Positions 42,251 through 55,674 of a DNA stretch of 64,000 nt are shown here, one piece after another. Within the stretch, counting starts at the first letter, position 1. Each line of letters begins with the position of its first letter. This DNA comes from Paraspadella gotoi (lineage: Eukaryota > Animalia > Chaetognatha). Made by a program: the position numbers and the translations under genes. Below the pieces are notes generated by a model. It did not search any database and was not told the origin of the DNA. It was given only the letters and a program-made list of their open reading frames with translations. The stretch covers positions 10,052,370 through 10,116,369 of the forward strand of contig CM119268.1 in assembly GCA_051294375.1 (NCBI GenBank). The letters are read 5' to 3'.

Positions 42251-43789
42251 CGTTCCGAAGATTTGCTATCTTTTATCATTTTTGCGGTTTCGGCTCAATC
42301 TCTTTCTCCCAGCCGAGGGTGAATTTTAATGACATTCATGTTATCTTTATCTTTGGGAAAGAAGTAATATAATTATATTTTATTAACAAAGTAAAGGGAT
42401 AACAATGTTTCGAACGTTTACGATTAGTTTCCTTTCCGAGAGTAAATTTAGAATAAAAGAGTATTTACCATCAAAACATTGCAAATACGCGAATGTAATT
42501 TTCCTGAAAATTTATACAGAAATTTAAACGGGTGGACCTTCCCCTAAAAGAGATACGGTACGATACCGATAAACAGTGGGGCTTTGTGGTTTTACATTTT
42601 GCAGGAAGTTACTATGCTATTCTGGTTTAAAATTACTTAGTTGTTAAGAAACATCAATTTTAATGGCGATTTTTTGATACAATCATTGATAAGCCCTCTC
42701 AATTAGGGCGAACAGAGGTGCAGGGAATGAGCCAACAGTTTCTTTCAAACACGTCAATTGTCTAGGCTAAGGTAATTAGTTATAGTTTGCTAAAAATTAA
42801 ATTCTACTTGTAAAGGATATAATTTTTTTTTAAATTTTGGCTGATATACGAAATAGAAGATTAATAGCAAATACGGTGGCGCCTCAAGAAAAAAGCAATG
42901 GTTCTTAACAAATGAATTTTAATTTACATTTCATGTAAATCACGGATTCAGTTTTTATAAGCAAATTAACGGGCTGCAACAAAGCTATCTCTATTGCGTA
43001 GGGCAGAAATTGGAAACGAGAGTCTCCGGGTAGTTTAAAAACGATTACACCCAAAAAATAATAACAACATGCAAAACCATCTGGGTGGATAAATTTATGA
43101 TAGGTTAGAGAAATCACGCCAGAAAAAACTCTCACAAACTACAAGGTCACTTTAGGGGGAAGATATGCAAAAAGTAGGCAAATCAGCGCCAAAATATTGG
43201 ATATATTTAATGAGGCCAAGTGATCACTGTTCTAACAATCCACCCGAAAAGGCGGAGAAGACAGACAAGGTAAAGACTTAAAATTAAACCGATCATTGAA
43301 AAACGTTTAAGAAATATTTTTTTTAAAATATGAAACAGGTCTAGCTCGAAGGTCCCAGAACAATCCATTTACACTTTGAAAAATAAATAACTGAAAAAAA
43401 ATATGGATGAAGGATAGAGAGAAAGTAGCCACGGAAAATTATCTGATGATACATTCCCATCTAGGAAATGTTGATAGATAGGCAGTCTTAAAGGAGGTTT
43501 GTGACATCGGGCTAAGAAGGACACTCTTGGGATCAATTAGAAGTAGAAAAAACTGACATATAAAAATATATCACAACTGTATAAAATCTAGAACGCTATA
43601 ACATTGAACAGTACGTAATAAGCCACGAAATTGGATTCAACACTAACTCCTGAATCTTTAAAAGGATTACACGTATTTAATTCTCAAAAATTAATAAACG
43701 AGTAAGAAAAAATCGGGTCTACATGACTTACATTATACGCGAAACTAATAGAATGACTGGATAATTTTGACGTTTTCAGTAGTTACCGG

Positions 43790-44403
43790 TCAGCCACTGG
43801 TGAACCATACAATTAAGATAATGACTAAAACGACGACGACGGCACAAAGGATGATGATCATCTTAGTGTTCTGCCACCACATCTTCCGTTTGAGTCGCGT
43901 AGCTGAAGCTTCAAATTGTGAAGCGCCTTCCTAAAAAAACCATATGTATTAATAATAATAATAATATTATTATATAATTAGTAGGAGAACGAAAAACGTG
44001 TTTGAGCTCATGAATCTCATTTGCATATAGACGTGTTGACACTTGACAGTGAGTTGTCATAAATTCTGTAGTCTGTACCCGTGTCATTTCATGGTCTCAT
44101 ATCACAAATTCACTCTTTTCTATAGTGTAGAAATTGGTAACAAATATAAACTTATATCATCATTCCCCGACCAACCGTGAGAGCCATGGCTCTGTCGTCC
44201 AATTCAGAAAGCTTCTGATCTCGTTCAAGAACCTTGTCGACGTTGACCCTCATGATGTTGACGACCTCGTCAACTTGTGCCTGGGTTTGCTGCATCTTAC
44301 GCGATTGCTGTTGCGACGGAGGCGGGAGATCGCCAGCACCTGCGTCGGGTCCGGCGGCGGCGGCGCCAGCGCCGTAAACGCCGTTTCGTGAATAGTCAGA
44401 CAT
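43790..44403 (-). CDS. VAMP: Synaptobrevin / VAMP (R-SNARE), 2 exons
   Basis: [35 protein letters not shown]...|[21 protein letters not shown] plus TM helix. Intron 43931-44175. Confidence 0.95.
44013..44119 (-). repeat. Dispersed short repeat, copy D (in the VAMP intron)
   Basis: Reverse complement aligns by eye with 16-112 and contains AATCTCATTTGCATAT. Confidence 0.7.
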
Positions 44404-44649
44404 TTTTTATTGCTGTCTTCGCCACCGACAGCCAGGGATATGTTCCTAATCTCGTTTCTTTTCAGACCTTAAAGGTCACGAGTTCGTCTTCCAGGACCTG
44501 AAAGCTGATCGCAATGGAAAACATACAACATAAATTTTGTAACAGTCGTAAAAAGAAATAATCAAAACATCAACTTGCCGGATCGTAGCACAGAATCAGG
44601 AGGCAAGCCGCTAGCTATTTTTTTTTTTTAATAATTATACAAGGGTTCT

Positions 44650-45936
44650 TCAGTAGTTCTTTATCCTGGATCTTCTTTCCTTATCTCGCCTTGCCTCGTA
44701 ATGTCGATCCCTTCCTTCTTCCTCCCTTTCTCGTCTCTCTCCCCGGCTTCTTTCGCGCGTTCTCTCTCCCCTATCTTCCTCCCTCTCACCTCTTTCTTCT
44801 TTCTCACGCTTGTCCTCTCTTTCGCTCCTCCCGCGCCTTCCCTCCCTTTCGTCTCGAGACCTTTTATCGCGTTTTTCCTCTCTCTCGTCCCCCTTCTCCT
44901 CCTGCGTTTTCTTCTCGCGCCTCTCTTCCCTCCCTCCTCTCCCGTCGTCTCTATCTTCCCTCCGACTTCGATCCCGTTTATGGTCTCTCCCGCGGAGATC
45001 AGCATCGTGATTAGCGCGGTCATAGTCTTCGTCTCTGTGGTCCTGTCGTCCCGCGTGCTTTCTTCTTCCGCTCCCTCTTTCGTCTCGTCCGTCCTTTCTT
45101 CCGCTATCCTCGCGGCGCCTCGCCCTCTCCTCTGCCTTCGCCTCGTCTTCTTTGACGGAACTCGACGATTTACGTTTCTTTCTCTTCTTAGTTCCCTTTT
45201 CCCGCCGATCTTCGTCGCTCTCGTCGTGACTCTCGTCGTCGCTGTCTCTCTTTTTCTTCTTCTTTTTAGTTTTTTTGTTCCTCTTCGTATTTTCGTCGTT
45301 TTTGTCATCGTCATCGGAAGGGTCTTTGACGATACCATAGGTTTGGTTGGCCATGGCTTTGGCTCGCGCCATTTCTTCTTTGGCCGCTCTGGCGGGGTCG
45401 AGCGACGATCCATCGACGAAATACTCGGAAAGTCCGAGAGCAATGCGGAGAGCTTCGTTCTTTTGATGCTGAGCTTCGGCGACCTCGTGGGAATCTTTGA
45501 CGACTGGACGACCATGCTCGTCCAGGGTTAAACCGCTGGAAGAAGCCGCCCGGGACCCTTCTTCCTCCATAAGCATTCGACGGAATGTAGAAACCTTCGA
45601 TTCAAATTTGATGAGTTGAGAAAAAAAACCCAAAAAACATCCCATCCCACATCGGTCGATCTCTCTTACCTTCCTCTCGATCTCCTCCTCTTCGTATCCC
45701 TGCTCCTCCATCAGCTCCTGCATCTCGATGCATTTCAGCTCCAGCTGTCGTTTTCGTTGATGGTCGAGGATCTCTCGGTTGGGCTTCTTGTTGAGCTGAG
45801 ACTCGAGTTTGTCCAACTCTTCATCGGTCTTGTACTGAATTCGATCCTTCTTATTCTTGATGAAGCCAAGGTTTCTCTGAACGAAGCCATTCGTACCGCT
45901 GCCTCGCACAGTGTTGAGTCCTATGCCGTTGTACAT
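44650..45936 (-). CDS. CWC21: Splicing factor CWC21/SRRM2-like, 2 exons
   Basis: MYNGIGLNTVRGSGTNGFVQRN, cwf21 domain ILDHQRKRQLELKC, R/E/D-rich tail. Confidence 0.9.
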   Translation of the reverse strand: MYNGIGLNTVRGSGTNGFVQRNLGFIKNKKDRIQYKTDEELDKLESQLNKKPNREILDHQRKRQLELKCIEMQELMEEQGYEEEEIERKVREIDRCGMGCFLGFFSQLIKFESKVSTFRRMLMEEEGSRAASSSGLTLDEHGRPVVKDSHEVAEAQHQKNEALRIALGLSEYFVDGSSLDPARAAKEEMARAKAMANQTYGIVKDPSDDDDKNDENTKRNKKTKKKKKKRDSDDESHDESDEDRREKGTKKRKKRKSSSSVKEDEAKAEERARRREDSGRKDGRDERGSGRRKHAGRQDHRDEDYDRANHDADLRGRDHKRDRSRREDRDDGRGGREERREKKTQEEKGDEREEKRDKRSRDEREGRRGRSEREDKREKEERGEREEDRGERTRERSRGERREREEEGRDRHYEARRDKERRSRIKNY

Positions 45937-46312
45937 GACATTCGAGGGAAAGTGAGACAAATTTTCACTCCAACTATGAGAGGCTTTCTAAATTATTTCT
46001 CAACCCGTTTTTGTTTTCTGCAAAAAAAAAATCCAAAGTGCTACGTAAAATTCCGATATCCAAATAAAACAATTCATCTGGCTTTTAAAAAGGTACAAAA
46101 TAAATCTACAGGCGTATATATATTCTATTTGTATACAAAATTAGGCAAGACTCTAAATCAGTTGTAAATTTATAAGGCAATGACTTAGATGATAAACTTG
46201 ATTAGAGCAACGAGAAGGCCGAACAATAAAAAATGTATTTTTTGAGCTTGTGCAAATACTGCAGAAAAACGGAAACTAGAACATCATTCACCCTGACCGC
46301 ACCAAATTACAA

Positions 46313-49300
46313 CTAATCCAAAACTCGAACAAATCTCTGAGGGAAAACTCCCGTCTCTGCTTTTGCGTTTTCCCCAAAAAACCATTCGTCGTCCAGCCGC
46401 GACATGATCACCACTTCCTCGTCCGGTACCAGCGTCAAATCCTCAGGCGTCTGCGCCTCGAAGTTGAAGAGGACAACGGCGCGTTGTCGGGCAGTAGAGG
46501 AGGAAAGAGCGACCGAATTTTCGTCAATCGTCACAAAGCTTAAAGGAAAGATTCCCGTTTGCGTCGATCCCTCGCGTTTTCCTCGAGCCCACTCTTCGTT
46601 AATGAAAGCAAAAATGATGATATTGTCGCCTGAAAGTAAAATACAATACAGCATAGGAGTTTGTTTTAAAAAAAGCAAAAGTGTTCGAAGTATTTTCTTA
46701 AAATTACGAGAAATTAAAATCGAGAGGCCTTTACCTTTCGTCATTCCGAGTTCGTCCGAGTTTTCAGCCTCGAAATCGAAGGTACACGCGGCCGTGGCGA
46801 TTTTCGAGTTCTCTTTGGATTCCTCGAATTGCCGAGCGGCTTCGTCGCAATGATGAACCTCTCCGTCGCCGGCAGATTTCTCTTTCACGAATGCCTTGGG
46901 TACGATGCCAACGGCGCTTCCCCCTGCTGATTCCGCGCGACATTCGAACCATTGATCGTCGATTTCTTTCAACACCTGCAACTCCTGACCAGCTGAGGCC
47001 GTGAGTTCGTCGGCCAACTCACCGACGAAGTCGTAAATGACGACGACGACGCGATATTTCGATGATTCCGTCGGACTTGTCGTATCAGACTTGATGGACT
47101 CGTAGACGTTCTCGTCTTCAATAGACAGCGAACGCTCGAGATGCATTGCAGCAGGCGTTTTCGTTACCGTAACAGCATCGATGACTGCTGCGGCTTCGCC
47201 CTCGATTAACGGTTGATAGTCGTTCTCAAGAAAGTCCGATTGTAATGGCTCGTAATCAATGTAAGGATCGGATTCGGAGGAAGAGGGCACAGGTTCCGAT
47301 GATGTTCGTATCTCTGCGTCGATTTCGGGCGTGGCTTTGTTGAATTGTGTTACTGACGTGGTTGATGAGAGGACAGTCTCATCAATGTGGACAAGAGTGC
47401 GAGGGGGAAGCGGCGGAAGCGGGAATGGAGGTTCCGATGATTCCTTTGTCGACGTCTGGGTCAACGTCTGCGCTGGGGACGAAGGTAATGGAGAAACCAA
47501 AAATTCGGAGGCGGAAGGCAAATTTGTTTCGTCGGTCACAGATACTTCAGGGACGGAAGGCACGTTGGGCGTTTTACTTAAACGAGCAGCAGGTTTGGGC
47601 TTGGGTTTCGGCATGGGTTTGGGTTTAGGTTTTACTGATGGTTTTGGATGAATGATTGGCGGCTTCGTGGTCTCCTCCAAAGTTCCCAGCTCAGGGGTTT
47701 TGAAAGATGGGGTAAGGTTTTCAGAAAACGACGAGTTAGGTTGCGGTAATGAGGATTCCGGGGTCGCCGGGTTCGTCACCTTTTTCTCCGCCGTTTCCTC
47801 CTGCTTCGGTTCAAACATTAAGGGTTCGGCTTCAGCCGAGGAAGATTTCGAGCGTCTCTTGAGGATTTGCTGCAACTCGTCCTGAACGGCCGATGGCATT
47901 TCCACAGTCTTTCCACGCGGTTTTATCGGCCGAATCGCCTCCTCTGTAAAGGGAGGATACAACTGTTCCTCCAGCGGCGCCGACGGCTCCAGGGGCTTAG
48001 ACGAGCTCATTGATTCCGCCGAAACTTTTAACGGAGTCCAGATATCTTCCATTGATGAAGAATCGGTAATCCGAGCCGGCGGTTCGGGTTTAATGTCATC
48101 CCCCGGTGGAGGTTTCGGAGCAGATCTGCTCGGAATCAAAGGCTGGGCTTTGGATTGCGCCGAACGCCTGCGTTCTTGTGGAGATGGCGTCGGAGGCAAG
48201 TCATTTACCTCCTTTTTAGCATGGTCCTCGTTGGGAACGTCATCATAGATCGAAGCAAATCCATCCCAAGCAAAATCAGCTTGTTTGTCGACCGGAATCG
48301 CCGGTCGAGGCGGCGACGACGTAGTCTTGGAAGCAGAGGGCGAAGTCTTGGCAGTGTCTGTTTTTGTTTTGGGCGTCTTGGCTGCGGTGGCGGTGGCGAC
48401 GGTGACGGCGACTTTATTCTTCCTGTTTTGCGACTCCCCACTGGGCGGAGGGGCGTAGAGGTAAAGGTCGTCGACGTATTCTCGTATGTAGGAAACGAAA
48501 GTCGGTTCTGTTGGAATGGCTGGGCGGACATCCTTTAAATATTAAACAGTCATTGTCAATTTGGTGGGGGCTTCCTTATTTAAAAACACTTTTAAGAATA
48601 AATCCATGAAAGCACCTTTGAAGCTTCTTTTATGGAAGATACGAATGTCGACATTCTGGATCTCAACGCCGCAATCGAGACGGAGGTTTCGTCGTCGCTG
48701 TCGTCGTCAGAGTCGTCTTGCGGCCGAGGCGGAAGCTGAATGGGCGCTTGGGTCAAAGACGTCGTCCTCGGAGGGGGAGGGCGTAAGGGCCTGGGAATAT
48801 ATATTATTATATATAAGGATATAGCTAAAACAAGATATAGATAAAACAAAATAAAAAAAGAGATGAAAAGAATTCAATCTCCACTCACCTCAAAGGCTCG
48901 TCTCCATCCCCTCCGGCCATTCTGAAAGATCTCCTTGGTTTCGGCGGGATTTCGGATTTGGTTCTCTCCTTTTTTTCAGCAACTGGTTCGGCCAACGACG
49001 GCGAAACGGGACGCCATTGCGTGGAAACTCCCGCCGATTTCTCTTCGTGTGGTGGACGATAAAGAGAGTCTACGGGTTCCATGTATTCGTAAGCGTCGTC
49101 ATCGTTCTCGGCATGAGGCGGAACCAGAGGCGCCCTCTCGCGGGGAACAGAGGAGATCCTATTGAGCTGAACTTTAGAAGATGGCGCTTCGGCATTGATA
49201 AAGCCGACGGCGTCAGAGCCACACTCTTTCAAATCTGGGTAAACCGTTGCGGCGGGTTTGACAACATCGTGTTGTCCATCGTCACCTTTAAGTTTTTCAA

Positions 49301-49601
49301 TATCTTGTTGGCGCGCGAGTTTCTTTGCACGGGCAGGCGCTTTCGGTGGAGCTTGGGGTCGGGGAGGCGGCGCCTTTTTAACTACGCCAGCGTGAGAAGA
49401 CAATAGCTCATCGGAAATGTTGCGATTGGCGTCGACCACGCCGTTATCGGCTGTAAATAACGGTTTGGGGCGGATGACTGTCGGCTGTCTAGGAGGAGTC
49501 GGCGTTCGCGATAAAGATGGCGCCTCGATAGAGGCGGCCCCATTGACTTGATTCATGGGACGAGCCGATACGACTTCAATGACCGGCCGTGGTTTGGACA
49601 T
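46313..49601 (-). CDS. Proline-rich multi-SH3 adaptor (SH3D19/Eve-1-like), 4 exons
   Basis: PxxP-rich N-terminal part and three C-terminal SH3 domains (YDFVGELADEL..W..GIVP, FDFEAENSDEL..W..GIFP, FNFEAQTPEDL..W..GVFP). Orthology tentative. Confidence 0.7.
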
Positions 49602-50210
49602 GATAAAATCGCGTACAAGTTTATCAGCTTTTAAATTGTTACAACTTCCGCCGTCATGGTTTTTGACAGCTCTCCATCCACGACGCCGGATACGACGCCC
49701 AAACCTGCACTCAAAGAAAAGACATCACGACAATTAAATTTATACCGCATGTAAGCCAAATAAAAAATTTCGCAAAAACCACAATCATTTTACAATACTT
49801 CTAGTAGCAATCTACGGAGATAATAAATGAACATGAAACTATGAACATGAAAATCCATAAGCAACAAAATGGTTTGGGTAAAAAAATAACGAAATCGCCT
49901 CTGGTAAAACTTGCAAAAAAGCGACATTGGATTCTTAATTTATTCCGCATTCATGCATTTAGCTGTACAGTTTAAAATTTTAGACCAGTGCTATCTCGTA
50001 TACATTATTTTGTTAGGTAACCTGATTCGTTGATAAGGTATGATGGATTTGTAAATTGTAAAGTATGAAAAAACAATTGCACCTAAGGCTCTAAGAAACT
50101 GGAAAATTTTTTAAAATGCCAAGTTTGACCCTTGAAAGTCATGGGGAGCTTCGCTAACTCGAGAAATGTATATCAGTTTAACACACAAATACGTAGGTAA
50201 TGAAAAAAAG

Positions 50211-53200
50211 TTAATTTTCGGAATCGTCTGAAGAGATGCTTCCGTTGTGCGTTAGAACTCTGACGCGATCGGGGGATGCCGCTGCCTTAGGGCCAGCGCC
50301 GTCACCAGGGCGGGAAGGCGGTTTGGGTTTCGGCGCCAAGGCCGGTCGCGCCGAATGGGGGAAGGAAGGGACGGAAGGCGCGGCGGCGACGGGCGTGATG
50401 GCAGCATCGCTCATTGAGGAGTCAATATGGGGGATGGGGTCGTCTCTCGCAAAGGCCGGAGAATTATTATCAGAGAGAGATCCGAAAGAAGCGTCAAGGT
50501 TCGTTGGAGCCGCAGGAGGAACGGGCGGTGGGAGTGGAGGAGGCATAGGCGGCGGCACTGGCGGTGGTGCGGGACGCGAGCCTATGTTCGGTTGATGAGA
50601 GGGAGACAAACCTTTAGAAGCGAATAAAGACAAAGGAGCGTATGGTGATGCTGAGATGCCCTGAACTGTTCCAAAGGGGGAATTTCTTGCGGGCGACGGA
50701 GGGGCACCTTGAATAGTTCCATAGGGCGAATTTCTACCCATATCGCCGACAACTGGGGAAGTGCCATATGGAGAGCTTCTTGAGGGAGAGGTTGGCACTC
50801 CGCCTTGAACCGTAACATAAGGCGAATTTTTGGAGGGCGAGGTTGTGGCACCTTGAATAGTTCCATATGGAGAACTTCTCACATTGCCGGACTGCGAAAT
50901 CGCGGGAGATGTGCGAGAGGACGGGCGATTTAGAATGGGTGGAAGAGAACCCGCCGGAGGTTTAGGTTGAGCATACAATGAAGTCGGAATCACTGGGGAA
51001 ACAAAGGTGGGAGATGCTGCGGAATAGGACGGTACTTGAGGAGGGACAACTGCGGCCGCTGAGGCGTATGTTGATGTCGGAATGGGCGGAGACGTTGGAT
51101 GAACGGGTCTGAACGAAGAAGAGGAGCCATAGACAAGGTTTGGAGATTTGGCCATACTGCGAGGTTCTAATCCTGGAGGTGGGGAAGACGGGCTTCCTTT
51201 TTGATCCGAATTGTGCTTCACCGGAGACGGGGGCGCGGAGAAATTCGGTTCTCCGGGGTTCTTTGGCGTCGAATGCATCGGGGGAGCTCCCGTATGAGGT
51301 TGAGGTCCAAGTTGATTCACGGGAGATATTCCCCTATTGCCAGAATTTTCGGGACCGGGTGAAATATTTTCGTGGAGGCCCTGCTGGCGTACACGATCCA
51401 ATACTTTGTTCTTTGGTTTAAATTGCCATCCTGGGACATTGCCAAACTCGTTGTCATCTTCATCAGAGGAATGGCTCGAAGCTAGTTCAATTCCCATACG
51501 CTGATCCAAAGAAAGTTCCGAGTCTGAATCAGAATCATCTTGTCTGCTTTGTTCGCGCTTGTGACTGACTTCTCCAGTATCAGGATCATCGACATGATTT
51601 CCCGTTGGAGGAGGCCAGTCGTCATTGGTGGATGTAGATGTATTAAGCGCATTCTTAAAATAACCATCGGGTTTGTAGTATGGCCCATTATAAGCGTATG
51701 GGTGCCTCAGATGCCGTGTCCCACCAGAAGTTGATGTTTTTGACGTGGAACGAGAAGTGGTTGAGTTGGTTGAGATTCCAAGATTGAGCCTGTTGTTCGC
51801 TAATCCATCGACGGAGGCATTATTATAAGCCAAAGCGCTTCGTAGATAGCGAGAGCCAGTGGTTGTGGATTCCTCATATGGAGGCTTACGGCCACGACAA
51901 CGAGCCCAACTATTAACGATCTCGTGACGAACTCTTTTATTAAAGACAATGTGGCACAAAAATATTAGGAGACCCTGTAAAAGCATGAAGGCAGCAAAGA
52001 GGTAATAGAGTTCGTCAATATCTTTGTTGACAGCCAAAAGCCCAAAGACCCAAGTGATGCCCAAAATAGGTAGAAGAACGAAAGCAGCTTTGAGGCCAGT
52101 TTTAATCATTGCGAAGTCAGAGCTTGAACCGGTGGAAAAAGCGTCACCACCATTAGGGGATCCTTTGCCCCCTGACTTTGGATGATTGCAAGAGTAACGA
52201 AAAGCGACGATGAAGACAACGAGATTAAGAAAAACTACAAGACATATTGGGCCTGCAAAACTCCAGATAATTTTTTCGTTAATGGAGAGCCAACAGAATT
52301 CCTGCCCATATGCGTCAGGTCTCAAACCTACAGCAAGACCGACAATTATGGCAGGGAGGCCATAACCAATTGCATAATAGAAGTGCATTTGCCCATGATC
52401 AATGCCCGGTTTGTCGGTCATCATTCGATACAAGTGTATTCCTTCTATAAACATCCAAGCAAAGGCGCAAAGAAAGAAGTAATGAAGGGCAATGGCGACG
52501 ACTTTGCACCAGATGGTTCCCCCTCCAATATCATGGCCAATAAGAAAAACTACTTCAGCGATAAGAATAGAGAGAACAAGATTCTTGTGAATGGATGTAA
52601 CATTCGATTTTAATCCAGAGATGCAACAGAAAATGATGAGACAGAGACTTAAGAAGAAAAGAGATACACCAACTCCGATGTAAATAACAGTGGACTTGGC
52701 AAATTCCTTTGGTTCTTCATATTCTTTATCAGACATATCATAAAGAGCTGCAAAGGTGGTAAGATGATCGCACTCACATGTAACATATCGTTCAATGCGC
52801 TCGGGTGATTTGAATACAAGTTCCCTCCTATGTTTAACTAAACATCCATGATCATTCCATCTAATTCCATCCCAATAGACACATTGAGGCGAGGATCGAT
52901 TATTGTTTTCTTGTTGAAGGAAATCAAATAGAACGGGTAACTCTAATGAATTAGTGAGAAATTTCCCATTATGCAAGATATTAAGGCTAAAGAGTGGAGT
53001 ATTGACATCCAAGTTATTGTGAGCTCTTTTGATCTTGTAATTCTTCGGCATAATATCCCCTAGGGTTCTAAACATGAAATATCCCAGAGTTGCAAACCCT
53101 GAGTCTTTGGTCATCTTTGGAATTCTTGCACTCCTTACCGATCCTTTATCATTATTATTGGCGAGAGCGGAGAGTTCTAAAGATGGCCTGAATGATGAAT

Positions 53201-55608
53201 CGGGACTGAAGGCAACGGGATCATTGAAAAAATATTTTTGCAATGTGACCTTTGTTTTCTTGTCAAACATTTCTTTTTTCATAACAAAATTATTGTATTT
53301 TGGGATTGAGACGCCAGTGAAATTGACCAGGTTGATTACATCAAGGCCGAATACTATGTTAGGTGTTACCACGTCAAAGGGAGTAGTATGGACTGATTCA
53401 TGAGAAAGAGTAACAGAACGAGAATAGTGTTCAAACCATTGTAACAACTCAGCAGGCTCAGCTTTTTGCTTACCAGCCGATTTTAGTTGTTGCCACAAAT
53501 AAAATTTTTCTGGGGCTAATATCCGTGAAGCAGAATCCAAAAGGTTTTGTATAAAATTTTTGTCTTGAGTGTGTGACATGTCGAGCCCTTTTTGAAGGGA
53601 CTCGTGTTTAAGAACATGTAACAAAAGTTGGCGAGTGATGTCAACATCAGCAGCAAAAAATCCTCCATCAGTATCAACAGCAGAGCCAGCAGCTTTTAAC
53701 TCGTTTGCAATGGAACGAGACACAAAATTAGTCAAAGTTTGCCCGCCGTTAATCTGTTCAAGGCGCTGTTTTGAGTCCTTAAACGGCATGGATGTACAAT
53801 TGACAGTATCGGCAATTAACCAACCTTTATCTGTACAAGCTCTGGAGGCCAAACCAAATGTTCCCTTAGGGCACCGCTGGGTTGCAACTGTACCATAATC
53901 AGTTCGCAGCCACCATATTCCTTTGTTAAATGACTTAGGACATTGATCATAAATTACTTTGCATCCTGTATTGATGATCTCAGCACTTTTTGATCCACAT
54001 TGATCGCATCTTCGCCCAATAACACCTTGCCTACAAGCACATTGACCGGTGATGGGTTCACACTCAAAACTTAAAGATCCAACGCTATAGCAATCACAGG
54101 GAAAACAGGTATCTGATCCCAAAGGTTTGTAATGATTTGCTTTACAGCTACAGTTTCCAGTTTTCTTATCACAAACTGGATCCTGACCTTTATCCTCATT
54201 GCAGTTGCACGGTCCGCATACAGGATATCCCCACCAGGAAGCAGGGCAAGGCTGCTGAAAGGCTTCTTCACAATAATCTCCCTCATGCAATTTGTCACAG
54301 CTACAGGTGTAACTTCGTTCAGTTTTGGCTAAAGTACAGTTTGACTCATGATGACACGGATTAAACTTTTGACAAATTGGTTCGCATTTCTCACCAATAA
54401 ATCCGGGACGACAAACGCAACGGTGTTGACCCCAGAGATCTTCACACACACTGTTGGCAGGGCAATCGACATTGCTACAAGCATCGGTTTGCAAACAACT
54501 TGAAATAACATTGAATTTCTCTTGTGGAGACGGCAAAATCGCATTTTCAGAATTTCCGAGACGAAAGTCACTGGCACAACCTATGAAACCATCATTGACA
54601 ACTAGGCTCCCACCGATCTTGCTGTTTATTCCGCCAACCCAAACATTTCCAATTTTTTGACCAGAAATTGAGTCTCTGGCAAGGGTAGAGATCGTAAGAG
54701 CATCGCCATAAGTGCTGTAGTCGAGCGAGAGCATAATTTTTCCAGAATCCCAGAGCATATTAGCGTGATGCCACCTGCCGTCGTTGATGCGTATACCGGA
54801 GAGGGAGAGAGAAGAAGTTCCGTATCTGAAGCGAAGACTTCCATCAACAATTTCTAAACGAAGAACCTTGCTGCCGATATCAGCTCTCATGAGTAGTGCG
54901 GCGGTATCATGCGCACGAAAATCGAGCGACATGTAGAAAGGTAATGTGACAGAATCCGTCCAAGGATTTTGCCATTTGAGATAACTGTTTCCGCGAAAAT
55001 GTCGAGGTCGTTCGATCGCTTGTGAGCAGTCCTTACCTCCCCAGCTCTCGGGGCATTCGCAACGAAATGTTCCCCATGCTTCAAAGCAAGTACCTCCGTG
55101 AAGGCAGGGTCCGGCGGCGGTGCCCAAACCTCTTGGGTTTTGACAATGGGAGCTTTTCGGCGAACATCCCTCTGCAGTTCCGTTGTTATGAACGAATGAA
55201 TTAAGGTCAACGAATTTTCTGTCAATGTGGAGGTCTCGAATGCAGCCGCGAAAATCCTTGTTGGAGACCTTGAATCTTGATCCTGGTAAATTCGGCAAGC
55301 CTCCAAACTGAAGGGGTCCAGTGAGATCAAGAAATCTGTAGCAGGTGCTTTCGTCGTCGTGACATTTTGGATCCAGAATACGCTCTTCCCGACGGGCACA
55401 AGTGAATGAGGGATTGTTCATGTTATCCTAAAATAAAGTTGAATAAAATTCAAAAATTGAAAGAGTTTGACCCTTATATCGTAATAAATCAATTTAAAAA
55501 TATTTTTAAATTATCGTTATTATTTTTTGGGTTAGCATTTAAAGTTTTCATTTTATTACATGACCACAAATCGTGTTATTCTTAAGTAAGATGAACTTTC
55601 TAGTTTTA

Positions 55609-55674
<66 letters not shown>

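Noticed and set aside
43444-43480. CTGATGA followed by a hairpin (second hammerhead?)
   Set aside because: No GAAA and NUH in the required positions after the stem.
44701-45531. 276-aa hydrophobic plus-strand ORF
   Set aside because: Antisense shadow of the purine-rich R/E/D tail of CWC21.
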